51,985 nucleotides of DNA, taken from the IMG/VR virus record IMGVR_UViG_3300037463_000009, positions 1-51,985 of that record. One strand, given 5' to 3'. Below, in pieces: positions 8,525-18,875 of this stretch. The notes under the pieces are model-generated. The model worked only from the letters and a program-made list of their open reading frames with translations, ran no database searches and had not been told where the DNA came from. The DNA comes from a virus (Duplodnaviria; Caudoviricetes). A program made the position numbers and the translations under genes. Each line of letters opens with the position of its first letter. The stretch's first letter is position 1.

Positions 8525-10939
8525 CTAGCCAGCAGTCAGCGCGGCAACCGACCACGAGTCGACCACGCAGCCATCGTCAACGCTCGGTCGATGGATGCCA
8601 AACGTCGTCGAGCGTGGAAGCTCGGCGGATATGCGGCGCGTGATGACCAGATCGTTATTCCACCAGACCTGGAGGAGATCCGTCTCCGGCGCGTTCGGGT
8701 CCGGGCCAACCTGCACGCGCAGGTCGTGCGCACTGTTGGCGGTGTACTCCGGGATGGCTGACTGGAATTTACCAACCACCACTTCCGAGCCGTTGATCCT
8801 CCGCATGACCTCGATCTCCGGGTTGAGCGGCTGCCCAACGATGTCCTGTGCCATACGCACAGCACACCAGTTGTTTGCATCGGTGTACCACAGGATCGGC
8901 CCGGCGAAGATATAGCCCGCGACGACCGGCGGACAGATCACGCGCATGTTAATCTCGACGTTGCGCTGGCCCACGTCGCGGACGGCCAGGAGCTGGCCGC
9001 TGCCGCTGAGCTGCGCCCGGTTGCTCTGCACGGTCGCCGTCGTGCCGCTGCCGAGCGTCCAACCCAGATCGGCGAGCGATGTACCGTCGGCTGCTGTGAA
9101 ATCGGTCTGGTAGAGCGTTGCGCCAGCCGTCCGAATCACCGGCGTCGCACCCTCTCCAATGGCATCGGGCAGCGTGATCACGTGCGGATAGCACGCCACA
9201 TCGTGATAGTTCGCCTGGTGGCCGTTGTCCAGCACATATGGGCCGTAGCCGGTGCCGTTGACACACCAGTTGTTCACGTCCGTCACCCAACCGCCGCCGG
9301 TGAAGCGTTCGCCGTTGATGAAGATCTGGTATTTATTCCCCTGGGTCAGCACGGTGATCTCGTAGGTCTCGCCCAGCTCCCAGGTATAGGCCCCGCCCAG
9401 GATCTGGCCGACGAGGTTGCCGCCGATGAACGCATGGAGCTTGATGGTGTTCGTGCCGTCATTGAACAGGCGCAGATAATTGTTGGCATCCACCTCGCGG
9501 ATCATGCAGCCAAAGAACGGCAGGCCCGACGATGGAATCTCCACCGTGAAGACAAAGCGTCCGTCGGCAAGGCCGGGGCGCGAAACGCGATTGAATCCAG
9601 CGTTGCCGGTCAGCGTCAGCGCGCCGCCGCTCTGGCTCCATGTGCCCGCGCGCACGGTCCACGGGACCTGGAGCGCGCCGGAGCCACTAAACAGGTCATA
9701 GCTCTGCGCCAGGCCATAGTCGTTGGTCCACGCGTCCTCTAAATCGACGACACGCACATCCTGGATGACGTGGCCGAGCGGGTAGCTCATCTCGTCGGAA
9801 AACTGGATGTTGGGGTAGAGCGTTGCGTCGTTGCCGCTGCGCGACACGTCGAGCACCAGCGCGTCCGGGTACTGCGGCACGCCGCGCGGATCGGTGACGC
9901 CGTGGCCGGTCTTCGAGCCTGCGCTGGAGAGCAGCACGGTCGCGCCGGAGCTGTGGAGCAACGCGACGATCAGGTATTGGTCGGGGCCGATCTGGCTCAT
10001 CGTCACATCGATGATTTGCCGCATGCCCGGCCTGCTGGCGTAGAGCCCACCGTCCTCGTGCGACCAGTGGTAGCCCTCGGCGCGCTTATCCGCAGCTCCG
10101 GCGCTTGCGCTCCAGCCAAAGGTGATGCGGTCATGCCGATCGGACAGCGTTACCAGGCCGACGAGCGCGCGGCCAGCCTGACGCTCCTGACCGGCCCAGC
10201 GCATGCCGACGTTGCCGTACGGGTAGGTCGTTAGCACGCCGGTGCCGCCAATGCCTTGATAGCGCAGCGCGCCATCGACGGTGCGCAGCACGCCGCGCGT
10301 ATCCGTGACGACGCGCTGGCCGGGGCCAGGCTCGGCAACGCCGGTCATCAGCGGCGTGGCGTCAGTGGTAAACAGATCGCGGAGCGCATAGCTGAGCGGC
10401 GGCTCAGGCGGGTTCTCCAGCAGGTCCACACGCGCCGTGAGCGTTGCCAGCTCGGTCTGAAGCGACTCGATCAGGGTCAGAATCGACGGGTGTGCTGTCT
10501 CGTCGGCGTTGTGCGTGGCGATATCTGCGCCACCGCTCAGCGCCTCGATTGCCGCGCGAATGTCAGGATGTGCCTCGGGATCTTCGTTGTGTGCATCAAC
10601 CAGGCTGATGAGTAGATCCTGTTCGACTGGTGTGCCTGGGTGTCCGGCGATGATGAGATCGGTCAGGCGGACGCGACCACCAGGTGGAACTGAAAACTTA
10701 TAGGATCGGTGACCCGGTAGGATACAGCGGTACCTGGTACCCTCCAAGCCCTCCGTGTTCGGCCACAACTCCGTCTCGAAGGTGCCATCCGATGCAATCG
10801 GCACGTCGAGGCCATCGGGCGGAAAGAAACCCTCAGTGCTGATCGAGCCGTCTTCTAGCTGAATAGTGATTGTTCCGTTAGCCCAGGGGGCGGTCGTGAG
10901 GTGGTAGACCGTGTCCCAGACACTTCGTGGTGTTGTCAT
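8525..10939 (-). CDS. Tail fibre / receptor-binding protein
   Basis: Last gene of the tail module; HNxDxxAHxxI repeats, coiled coil, beta-rich lectin-like C-terminal domains. Confidence 0.7.
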   Translation of the reverse strand: MTTPRSVWDTVYHLTTAPWANGTITIQLEDGSISTEGFFPPDGLDVPIASDGTFETELWPNTEGLEGTRYRCILPGHRSYKFSVPPGGRVRLTDLIIAGHPGTPVEQDLLISLVDAHNEDPEAHPDIRAAIEALSGGADIATHNADETAHPSILTLIESLQTELATLTARVDLLENPPEPPLSYALRDLFTTDATPLMTGVAEPGPGQRVVTDTRGVLRTVDGALRYQGIGGTGVLTTYPYGNVGMRWAGQERQAGRALVGLVTLSDRHDRITFGWSASAGAADKRAEGYHWSHEDGGLYASRPGMRQIIDVTMSQIGPDQYLIVALLHSSGATVLLSSAGSKTGHGVTDPRGVPQYPDALVLDVSRSGNDATLYPNIQFSDEMSYPLGHVIQDVRVVDLEDAWTNDYGLAQSYDLFSGSGALQVPWTVRAGTWSQSGGALTLTGNAGFNRVSRPGLADGRFVFTVEIPSSGLPFFGCMIREVDANNYLRLFNDGTNTIKLHAFIGGNLVGQILGGAYTWELGETYEITVLTQGNKYQIFINGERFTGGGWVTDVNNWCVNGTGYGPYVLDNGHQANYHDVACYPHVITLPDAIGEGATPVIRTAGATLYQTDFTAADGTSLADLGWTLGSGTTATVQSNRAQLSGSGQLLAVRDVGQRNVEINMRVICPPVVAGYIFAGPILWYTDANNWCAVRMAQDIVGQPLNPEIEVMRRINGSEVVVGKFQSAIPEYTANSAHDLRVQVGPDPNAPETDLLQVWWNNDLVITRRISAELPRSTTFGIHRPSVDDGCVVDSWSVAALTAG

Positions 10940-10993
10940 GTGTTTCTACCTGATGGATACCGTTGCTGCCTGAGAAACTATTATGAGCCACGC

Positions 10994-11704
10994 TCAGGGC
11001 ACGACGACCGCTTGTGTACTCGTGCCGATGGCATTCCACTGGCCGGTGTACTGATAGGTGAAGGTGTACGTCGATCGGGGTGGCACGGTCACGCCGGTGA
11101 GATCCGGGGTATCGACGAGCTGCACCACAGCCATATGCTGGAGATTGACGACCAGATGAATGTCGGTAATCGCCTGGGTCTGGTGATGATTCTCCACGCG
11201 CAGCCAAAACGTCCATTCGTCGGTACCGGGCGTTTGCTTGTAATCCTTAATCATCGTTGCCACCCAGATGTACTCGACAGGCGTTTCGGTTTCGTAGGCC
11301 ACATCGAGGACGTAGGAGCTGACGTTGGTTGGCGGGGTGAAATCAAGTTGGAAGCTGTTGGTCTTCCCAGCGTCGGTCTGTGGCAGCGCGGCGTTCGCCT
11401 CAACCGTCCCGATCTGGGATGCGGTCCCCATTCCATCATGGCCGTAGAACGTGCCCGAAACGGTCACGCCGTACACATGATGCGGCAGGGTGTTCACCAC
11501 TTCGCCAATAACCCGATAGGTGCCGTTCGCGGTCGTCGTGCCGTTGCTGCCGGTCACGTACACATGATGTGTGCTGATCTTCGGTGAGCGAATGGTCGGA
11601 AGATACGTGGTATAGGCTGCTGTCGTGCTCGGCCTGGGCGCGGCGACGGTGGTAGACGACAGGCTGATCAGGATGACCAGCCCAAGTAAGATGAGTGGGC
11701 GCAT
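10994..11704 (-). CDS. Secreted protein with a YLPTI motif (Ig-like/FxLYD-like)
   Basis: Signal peptide MRPLILLGLVILISL; YTTYLPTI; VIGEVVN...TFY. Confidence 0.7.
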   Translation of the reverse strand: MRPLILLGLVILISLSSTTVAAPRPSTTAAYTTYLPTIRSPKISTHHVYVTGSNGTTTANGTYRVIGEVVNTLPHHVYGVTVSGTFYGHDGMGTASQIGTVEANAALPQTDAGKTNSFQLDFTPPTNVSSYVLDVAYETETPVEYIWVATMIKDYKQTPGTDEWTFWLRVENHHQTQAITDIHLVVNLQHMAVVQLVDTPDLTGVTVPPRSTYTFTYQYTGQWNAIGTSTQAVVVP

Positions 11705-11767
11705 GGGTCCTCCAAGGAAGCGCGAGGGGTGAACGTAGTATACCAGCCAGAATCGATTCAATGACGA

Positions 11768-11953
11768 CTACTTCAGGAGATCGAGCGCGGCAACCAGATC
11801 TACGCGCAGGCAGATGAAAAGTTGCGTCTCGCCGATGAGCACTTCAACTTTTCCATCCCCTAATTCGACGAGCGTGAGCGTGTCGACCGTGCCATTGTGG
11901 GAGATCTCCGGCAGCGTGACAATGCGCTGCGTGCGTACGGTAGGTTTTGCCAT
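11768..11953 (-). CDS. Small hypothetical protein
   Basis: Abuts the upstream tail gene; GAAGG SD. Confidence 0.65.
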   Translation of the reverse strand: MAKPTVRTQRIVTLPEISHNGTVDTLTLVELGDGKVEVLIGETQLFICLRVDLVAALDLLK

Positions 11954-13504
11954 TTAGTAACCTTCTTCCTGTCGTGTGAGCAGCACGTCCAGCGCTGGCA
12001 TAGGTACCTCGGGCCGGACGGCCAGGTGATTGGTGTCGACGTGGTACTCGGTGTTCAAAACGCGAAACTTACGGACCTGGGCAAACGACTCGCCGAGGAG
12101 CGGACTCAGTTCAGGGATAACAACCAGGTCGTTCCCACGCACCACATATGGCGGATAGAGATTGCCCCATTGGTCGCGCACTCGCGCGATCGGCAAGTTG
12201 GCCCGAGGCCGGATCTCCTTATGATCGGCGAGATAGGCATCCCGCTGCGTGTTGGCTTGTCCTGTGGAGTTGGTATCTGTCGTCTGTGCTCGGACAGCGG
12301 CCTGGCGGGTCAGGCGATAGCGCGCCTGGCTAATGAGATCGGTGGTGCTGAGCGTCCGTAACGCGCGGCCATTCATGGCCTGCTGCAGCGTGTAGACCTC
12401 ATTGCGTAGCTCGGTCAACGCGCGCTGCACCTCCAGGGTATCAGCCAGCTCCAGGTGCCAGGTACGGGCGCGGCTGCCCTGAACCTGAAACTGAAGCAGC
12501 CTGCCCTCCCAGACCGCTGCCTCCCAGCGCTGGTTTGAGGTGTCGCCGATGCGTGCCAGCTTCGCGAGGATCGCCGCCGGTGGTTGCTCCTGGTACACCT
12601 CGTCATACAGATCAAGCAGTGGTGACTGGATGAGCGCGGTGGACTGATTGAGCTGCGGCGCGAGCTGGAGCAAGTAACTGACAATCTGATCGGCGTAGCA
12701 GGAGGTTGTCCCACTTCCCAGCGCCCGCGCTGTACTAAACTCGACGTAGTAGGTTCCTGAGTCAATGCTTGTCGTGCTGAGTGTCCCATTATCGTAGAAG
12801 ACTTCGACGACCACACCCAGCCCACTACCAGGAAGCGAGATATTTGCAATATTGTTTGTGCGCGTTCCGGCCACCGAGAAATAATCGCTCCATACTGAGC
12901 TGATGACGCTTGGGTTGCCGGTGATGGAGTCATAGGCAAATGAGCTGATCTGGATGCGCGCACCGGCGGGGAGGTTCGCACTGTACCGGATCTGGAGATT
13001 GGTCACGCGCTTAGCCGCTCGATGCGGCGGGTGGAGGACGAATCCGCCGCGCTTGTCTTCGGTAAAGGTTTCGTTTTTCTTCCAGCCCATGTAGAGCGTT
13101 ACATCCTGGCGCAGCTCATACCGATCTGGCGCGTACTTCGAGCCAAGATTCCTGTCGGCAATCTTCCAGGAGCTAAAATCGTTGACACTCCACAGGCCCG
13201 TGTGGAGCTTGTCGGCGAGCGCGCTCCAGTAGCCGAGCGCGGTCAGGGTCAGGCCTGCACGCACAACGCTGGGATCTTCCCAGCGTCCCTCCCACGCGCG
13301 ACGCCCTGCCCGATCGGTCCACTCGACGTGGAGGTTTGAGCGACCATACCAGCGCGCCGCCTCGCGAAATCCCATCGGCACGCCCCACGTGGCGCTTAGA
13401 AAGCCGTGCTCATTGGTTCTGAGCACAGCGCCATGCGCCCGCTCGGTCCAATCGTCGAGCTGCTGGCCGCCTGGTTGATCGTAAATACCGAGTGAAAGGC
13501 TCAT
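11954..13504 (-). CDS. Tail tip / baseplate hub protein
   Basis: Position two genes after the tape measure; size and composition. Confidence 0.65.
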   Translation of the reverse strand: MSLSLGIYDQPGGQQLDDWTERAHGAVLRTNEHGFLSATWGVPMGFREAARWYGRSNLHVEWTDRAGRRAWEGRWEDPSVVRAGLTLTALGYWSALADKLHTGLWSVNDFSSWKIADRNLGSKYAPDRYELRQDVTLYMGWKKNETFTEDKRGGFVLHPPHRAAKRVTNLQIRYSANLPAGARIQISSFAYDSITGNPSVISSVWSDYFSVAGTRTNNIANISLPGSGLGVVVEVFYDNGTLSTTSIDSGTYYVEFSTARALGSGTTSCYADQIVSYLLQLAPQLNQSTALIQSPLLDLYDEVYQEQPPAAILAKLARIGDTSNQRWEAAVWEGRLLQFQVQGSRARTWHLELADTLEVQRALTELRNEVYTLQQAMNGRALRTLSTTDLISQARYRLTRQAAVRAQTTDTNSTGQANTQRDAYLADHKEIRPRANLPIARVRDQWGNLYPPYVVRGNDLVVIPELSPLLGESFAQVRKFRVLNTEYHVDTNHLAVRPEVPMPALDVLLTRQEEGY

Positions 13505-13513
13505 AGCAGCTTC

Positions 13514-15376
13514 CTATTGAGGCGTGAGATAGGCCGGGTGGCGCTTCGCGGTCAGGGTCAGACGGGTCGTCGGATCGCCACTGGTGCCGTCGTCCACATG
13601 CGGCCAGAAGCTGCTGTACGGCGCAAGCCAGAGCACCGCGATCTGATTGCCGGTGCTGAGAAGGAGCGTGTTGCCGTGCGCGGTAGCAACTGCCACATCG
13701 GCGCTGTTGGTGGTATTCACTGCGCCTGGGAACGGTCGCAAGTGGGTAAGTGCGCGGCTCTGGATCTCCAGCTTGGCAGACGCGCTGGTTGCGAGGCCAT
13801 TCGCTACATCGATCGCGTCGAGCTGAAGCACGGTCGTCGCTGGCGTGATCCGCACGAAAATAATCCGGTCGATGTCGAGCGACCCGGATGCGGCCGTCGC
13901 CTGGACAAACAACTCGAAGGATTCATGGCCGTAGTCATTGACCAGGCCCGGCAGTGGAACAACTTTCGGCGCGGCGCTCGATGTGTACGGCCCGACCACA
14001 CCGATCTCCGTTTCCTGCGTAATGCCGCTGCCCTTAAGTTTCATGGAGAGAATAAAGGATGTCGTGCTGGAGTTATTGCGCGCCAGAATCAGCACGGCCA
14101 GCTCGCCGATCATCGTTGTTGGGAGTGATCCTGCTCCAGCGCTCACTTTACTTGTACCAGTCGGTGTGTAGCGCTGCACCGCGCTGCCGAGCGCGCGGTT
14201 CGCACTGTCTGCAACAACGCTAAAGGGAGCGCTCACCTGGCCGATGCTGCCCGGCCAGTCGACGATCCTGATGTTGGTTGGGCTGTCGGTCGTGACGAGC
14301 CAGCTTGCGGCGATGGTCGGGGTAGCCACCTGGCCGAAGCCAGCCAATGCAATCGAGGCTGGCGATCGCGTGGAAATGCTCTGCGCAAACGTGGCCGTCA
14401 GGATCGCCGTGTTATCGCCGATATGCGAGGCATTCCAGGCGCTGGCCACCGCAGCGCGCTCCAGTTGCATGGCACCGATGGACAGCCACCAGCCCGCCGT
14501 CGACTGCACGCCCCACCGAACACCAACCGCCGTCGCGCCGACGGGCACGGTTACGGTCAGCGATCGGCGTTGCCAGAGGTTACTCAGGGTGCCAAATGGG
14601 ATCAGGACGTATTGCACAAAGCTGGATGGCCCCGTGAATTTGAGATAGCTGCTGGAACCAGTCGCGCCACCAGCCACCGCAAAATCAAAGGAGAAGGTGA
14701 GTTGCTCGCCTGCCGTAACGGCAACAGTTTGATCGCTCTCGCGGTAGTTGTCGCCGTAAACGCCTGTGAAGTTTTGGAAATACTTCACGCCCAAGCCGCT
14801 GGGCGGCGCAATTCCGTCCGGCGTGGCTGTTAACTCCTGCACAGTGACACTACCTGCACCCGTTGAAAAGGTCCAGTAGCCATGGCGAAAGTCGCTGTCG
14901 AGCAGGAGATTAGCAGACAAGCTCGATACCTCACTATCGAGCAGCCAGCCAGTTCGACGGAATGCGATCGAGACGTTCGGGATGATGTAGCGGCCAGCAT
15001 CCGAGAGCAGCGACGAGGGTAGCTGAAACCCTTGTTTGTCGGCCCAGCCCAGGCAGATTGTCTGGAGCGACTGCGCCAGCGCGCTCCCCTGGACGCGCAC
15101 GCGAAACACCACCGGCGCGACGCCCCGCTCTCCATCTGCCCAGCGTGTCGCCTGGTCGAGAAACTGCCAGAGCTTGGTCTTGTTGGCAACGGCCTGGGCC
15201 ACGGTCGCGCCCCGGATGACGAGGCCGATCCGCTCGATCGCATCCTCGTACCGATCCTGGCTCCCGAGCGGCGGAATATTTGGCGTGTAGCTCTCGGTGA
15301 GGTAGTTGGTATCGTCGATTAAGTCGATCGTCTCGCTGCCGTTATACAGCTCTAGCACCATTGTCATTTTTGCCAC
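13514..15376 (-). CDS. Distal tail protein with a carbohydrate-binding insert
   Basis: Follows the tape measure; NLLLDSDF...WQRRSLTVTVP...MQLE CBM-like insert. Confidence 0.7.
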   Translation of the reverse strand: MAKMTMVLELYNGSETIDLIDDTNYLTESYTPNIPPLGSQDRYEDAIERIGLVIRGATVAQAVANKTKLWQFLDQATRWADGERGVAPVVFRVRVQGSALAQSLQTICLGWADKQGFQLPSSLLSDAGRYIIPNVSIAFRRTGWLLDSEVSSLSANLLLDSDFRHGYWTFSTGAGSVTVQELTATPDGIAPPSGLGVKYFQNFTGVYGDNYRESDQTVAVTAGEQLTFSFDFAVAGGATGSSSYLKFTGPSSFVQYVLIPFGTLSNLWQRRSLTVTVPVGATAVGVRWGVQSTAGWWLSIGAMQLERAAVASAWNASHIGDNTAILTATFAQSISTRSPASIALAGFGQVATPTIAASWLVTTDSPTNIRIVDWPGSIGQVSAPFSVVADSANRALGSAVQRYTPTGTSKVSAGAGSLPTTMIGELAVLILARNNSSTTSFILSMKLKGSGITQETEIGVVGPYTSSAAPKVVPLPGLVNDYGHESFELFVQATAASGSLDIDRIIFVRITPATTVLQLDAIDVANGLATSASAKLEIQSRALTHLRPFPGAVNTTNSADVAVATAHGNTLLLSTGNQIAVLWLAPYSSFWPHVDDGTSGDPTTRLTLTAKRHPAYLTPQ

Positions 15377-18258
15377 ACCATTCGTTTATTGACATCTGTT
15401 TTGCCAAGCATCTCATCGATCGCCCGCTTCGCGCCGCGATACCCCGCCTCCTCAGTAGCGCGCTCGTCGTTTGAGCCACGTGCGTCGACGTTGATATAGG
15501 CCACCATGCCGCCCCCGCCGCTCCCGTCCAGGAGATTACGCGTCTGTCCATTCGGGATGATCGTGCCCGGCTCATCGGGCACAAAAATTTCCTCCCCTTC
15601 TTCGCCGACCAGGTAGGCTTTCCCGGCACCCACAGGACCACCGCGAGCGCGCTTGCCGTCGATCTCGTCCATCTTCCGGTCGACGTAGCGGTCGCGGCTG
15701 GCCTGGATGCTTTCTTCGATCTCCAACCGTGTCCGCACAACTGTCGGCACTTTCGCGAGTGCCAGCGCGTACTGCTCGGCGTCAATCTTGCCGTCGCGAA
15801 AGTTTTGGACGAGCGTGGCCGTGTACTCTTTTGCCAGCTCATCCATGCGCCGCTGCGTCTCAACTGTGTCGAAGCGCAGATCCGTCAGGCTATCGATGAC
15901 ATGGTTGACGTTGGTATCGGTGCTGGTGGCCCAGGCGTCAATCTTGGCGATCGCGCTGTCGTAGGTTTGCTCGAAAATACTCCGTTGAATACCATACTCG
16001 CGCTGGATCGCCTCGGTCAGTTCGCCAGCTTTCTCGCCCGAGATCCGGCCCATCTCCGCCTGCGCCTGCACATAGGTGATGAGCTGCTGACCGAGATGCT
16101 GGAGCTGCGCAGCCTGCTGCTGGGCGTAGGCCAGCGCTGCGTTTTGCTCCTCAGTGGCAAAGCCGCGCTGCTGCTCAGCGATCTTCTCGTCGATCGCCTG
16201 CCGCTCGGCTGCGGTCTTGGCTGCGGCCTTCTCCTTGATGAGTCCGAGCATCGTCTCTTCGTGAGTTGCCCGGCGCGTTTCCAGGCCTGTCAAGAACTCC
16301 ACATCGCTGCCGGTGATGTCGGCGAACGCCTTGATCGACTCGTCGCGCACCTCCTGGAGCGTCTTGATAAGTTTTTCCATCTCTTTGGCACTGAGTGCCA
16401 CCATCTCGGCCTGCTCGGCGTGCGCAGCGGTGCTGGCCTGGACGCCGCTGATAAGCCCTTCGGCCTGTGCCTGGCGCTGCATCTCCAGCGCCAGCATGTT
16501 GCTCAGCGCGTCGGTCGATCCACGAATGGCTGCTGCTCGATTGTTGAGCGTTGCCATTTCCTGCTCGTATTGCGCCTGGCTCACCATGCCAGCGGTCATA
16601 CGTCGGCCTAAGCTCTCCAGCTCCTGCTGCTGCTGTTCGCGCAGCGCCTGGAGGCTGTCGGCCTGTGCCTTGAATTTCTCTTTGACGGCATCCGAGGACG
16701 CGCCATAGGTATCGAGCGCAGCGGCGCTATCGGTCCACCATTGTTTGCTTTCCAGTACGCCCTGGGCTGCGGTCTTGACCTTCTCATCGAAGCCCTGCCA
16801 GGCTTTGACTACGCCGTAGATGGCAGCGGCCATGAGCGCGTAAGGTGCAACCGCAGCCGCCGTTGCCAGTGCCTGGGCTGCGTGAGCCGCGATGAGCTGA
16901 CCAATAACCGGCAGCGCGTGGGTTGTCGCGACGGTGGCATACGCTGCGGTGGCCGTCGCCAGGCCGTAGAGGATCGGCACACCATCGGTCTGTAAAAAGC
17001 CGATGATCGTCTCCAGCACTGCTGCTGTGTCCGCTGCGGCTGGTCCCAGTCCTTCGACCAGTTCACCCACCCAGGCAGCAGTCCCAGAGATAACCGACTC
17101 CAGGAGTGGCAAGAACGGCTCGATCCCGACGAGTGCGGCAGTTTCGAGCGTCGAACCTAAGCCTTGCACCGCGCCGGAGAGTCCTTTCATCCGGGCTGCT
17201 GCAACGTCGCCAGCGGCACCTTGCTTGGTGACAGCCGCCCGCATGCTCTCGAAATCTTTGCCGGTTTCCTTGGCCTGGTCGCCGACGGAGCGCATCATGA
17301 TCATCGCCGCCCGGCTGGCATCCGCGCCAAAGAGTTGCACGATCGCGGCGTTGCGCTGCTCCTCGGTCATGTCGGCGGTGGCCTTCGCCGTCAGTTCGAT
17401 AATTTCCTGGAATGGCCGCATCTTGCCATTGGCATCGTAGGCAATATCGCCCGACACGCCGATGTTTTCGGCCAGTTCCTTCATGAGACCCTTGGCTTTG
17501 TCGGACGGTCCCGCAAGCATGAGCAACATTTGCTTCAGGCTCGTGCCCGAGTCGCTGCCTTTCACACCGGCGTTTGCCATCACGGCCATCGCCGTGGAGA
17601 GGTCAATCAGTGCGTTCTCAGCACCAACCGCTGGGCCCTGCATCTGAGCGAAGACGGCGGAGGCCATCGAGAGGCCGTCCGCCATGTCGGTGATTTCCAT
17701 CGACGAGGCATTTGCGCCAGCGGCCAGCAGGTCGGCCACCATCGTCGCGCGATCGCCGCTCAGCGCAAAGGAGTTGAGCGCGTTGGCGTTGATTTCAGCG
17801 GCTTTGGCATTGTCGATGTTAGCCGCTGCGGAAAGCTGGAGCGTGCCTTTTGCAGCAGCGAATGTCTCGTCAATGGTGAGGCCGGCTTTGTTCAACTCCA
17901 GCATCGCCAGGCCAGCGTCACCCGCCGACGTGCCTGGTAGCGTCAGATCCGAACCCAGCGCCTTGGCCGTCTTCGAGAACGCAGCCATCTGCGCTTCGGT
18001 TGCGCTCGATGATGCCTCGAAAAGATTCATGGCATCCTGGTAATCGGTCGCAACGCCGATCGCCGCGCCACCGGCATTCAGAACCGTGCTTGCCACGTCG
18101 GTGAGCGGGATCGTGAAATGGTCCACGAACCCCTTGCCCACCTTCGCGGCATTGCTACCCAGGCGTGTGATTAAGTTATCCGTCGCCTTCAGGCCACGCT
18201 CGGCCTTGTCGGTATCCGCACCGACCTCGACGACTAGTTGGGAAGCTCGAACGGCCAT
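15364..18258 (-). CDS. Tail tape measure protein (TP901 type)
   Basis: 964 aa, Ala-rich helical; GVKGSDSGTSLK motif; RARGGPV...YLVGEEGEEIFVP C-terminus. Confidence 0.95.
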   Translation of the reverse strand: MAVRASQLVVEVGADTDKAERGLKATDNLITRLGSNAAKVGKGFVDHFTIPLTDVASTVLNAGGAAIGVATDYQDAMNLFEASSSATEAQMAAFSKTAKALGSDLTLPGTSAGDAGLAMLELNKAGLTIDETFAAAKGTLQLSAAANIDNAKAAEINANALNSFALSGDRATMVADLLAAGANASSMEITDMADGLSMASAVFAQMQGPAVGAENALIDLSTAMAVMANAGVKGSDSGTSLKQMLLMLAGPSDKAKGLMKELAENIGVSGDIAYDANGKMRPFQEIIELTAKATADMTEEQRNAAIVQLFGADASRAAMIMMRSVGDQAKETGKDFESMRAAVTKQGAAGDVAAARMKGLSGAVQGLGSTLETAALVGIEPFLPLLESVISGTAAWVGELVEGLGPAAADTAAVLETIIGFLQTDGVPILYGLATATAAYATVATTHALPVIGQLIAAHAAQALATAAAVAPYALMAAAIYGVVKAWQGFDEKVKTAAQGVLESKQWWTDSAAALDTYGASSDAVKEKFKAQADSLQALREQQQQELESLGRRMTAGMVSQAQYEQEMATLNNRAAAIRGSTDALSNMLALEMQRQAQAEGLISGVQASTAAHAEQAEMVALSAKEMEKLIKTLQEVRDESIKAFADITGSDVEFLTGLETRRATHEETMLGLIKEKAAAKTAAERQAIDEKIAEQQRGFATEEQNAALAYAQQQAAQLQHLGQQLITYVQAQAEMGRISGEKAGELTEAIQREYGIQRSIFEQTYDSAIAKIDAWATSTDTNVNHVIDSLTDLRFDTVETQRRMDELAKEYTATLVQNFRDGKIDAEQYALALAKVPTVVRTRLEIEESIQASRDRYVDRKMDEIDGKRARGGPVGAGKAYLVGEEGEEIFVPDEPGTIIPNGQTRNLLDGSGGGGMVAYINVDARGSNDERATEEAGYRGAKRAIDEMLGKTDVNKRMVWQK

Positions 18259-18516
18259 TTAGGTCTTCTTTTCAGGAGTGGGAGCGCCACGGATCATCGC
18301 CTGAGCCTCATATTCGGCACGCTCAGCAACGAGTGCCCAGGACAGCCAGCAGGACTCGCCGCGCTCGTGTACGCGGTCATACAGCTCGAAGATGGAGACA
18401 TTGAGGTATCTCGCGGCGCGTTGAAGTTCTTTGAGCCACGGATACCACTGTGGGCACGCGCCTACCTCTTGCTTCGTGCCGAGCCAGCGTTGGAGGTCGA
18501 CGCGCTCAGTTTTCCC
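18259..18516 (-). CDS. Tail assembly chaperone -1 frameshift extension (gpGT-like)
   Basis: Frame open from the slippery site to TAA abutting the tape measure start. Confidence 0.75.
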   Translation of the reverse strand, partial: GKTERVDLQRWLGTKQEVGACPQWYPWLKELQRAARYLNVSIFELYDRVHERGESCWLSWALVAERAEYEAQAMIRGAPTPEKKT

Positions 18517-18821
18517 GGCTGGCTGTCCTCCTGGACCGCTGTGTACACGCAGCGGAGGAAGGGCGTTGGAATGCGGTGCTCCCGGATCGCTGCTGCGGTT
18601 GGGGGGATCGGCTGATCCTTGTCGTCGAGCACATCCCAATGGACCACGACGCGCTCGATTGCCTCCAGCAGCGATTCGGGCTGGAATTGGTTCGCTGCGA
18701 ACCAGGTAGAGAAATCCGTGTTGAATGCGCCCAGACGATAGGTAATCTGGACGGTTTCGCCATTAAAGGGCATGTCGAACGTGCGCGTTGATTCGACCAG
18801 GGTAGAGTTTCTGAGTGCCAT
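18462..18821 (-). CDS. Tail assembly chaperone (gpG-like)
   Basis: Between major tail and tape measure genes; slippery G GGA AAA at 18516-18510. Confidence 0.8.
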   Translation of the reverse strand: MALRNSTLVESTRTFDMPFNGETVQITYRLGAFNTDFSTWFAANQFQPESLLEAIERVVVHWDVLDDKDQPIPPTAAAIREHRIPTPFLRCVYTAVQEDSQPGKLSASTSNAGSARSKR

Positions 18822-18875
18822 GATGTGTCCAGGGAGTAGGGGTGCCACTTGGTGGCACCCGCGCGACAGCTTCGA

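Noticed and set aside
8525-13504. Diversity-generating retroelement targeting tail genes
   Set aside because: No reverse transcriptase and no TR/VR pair seen
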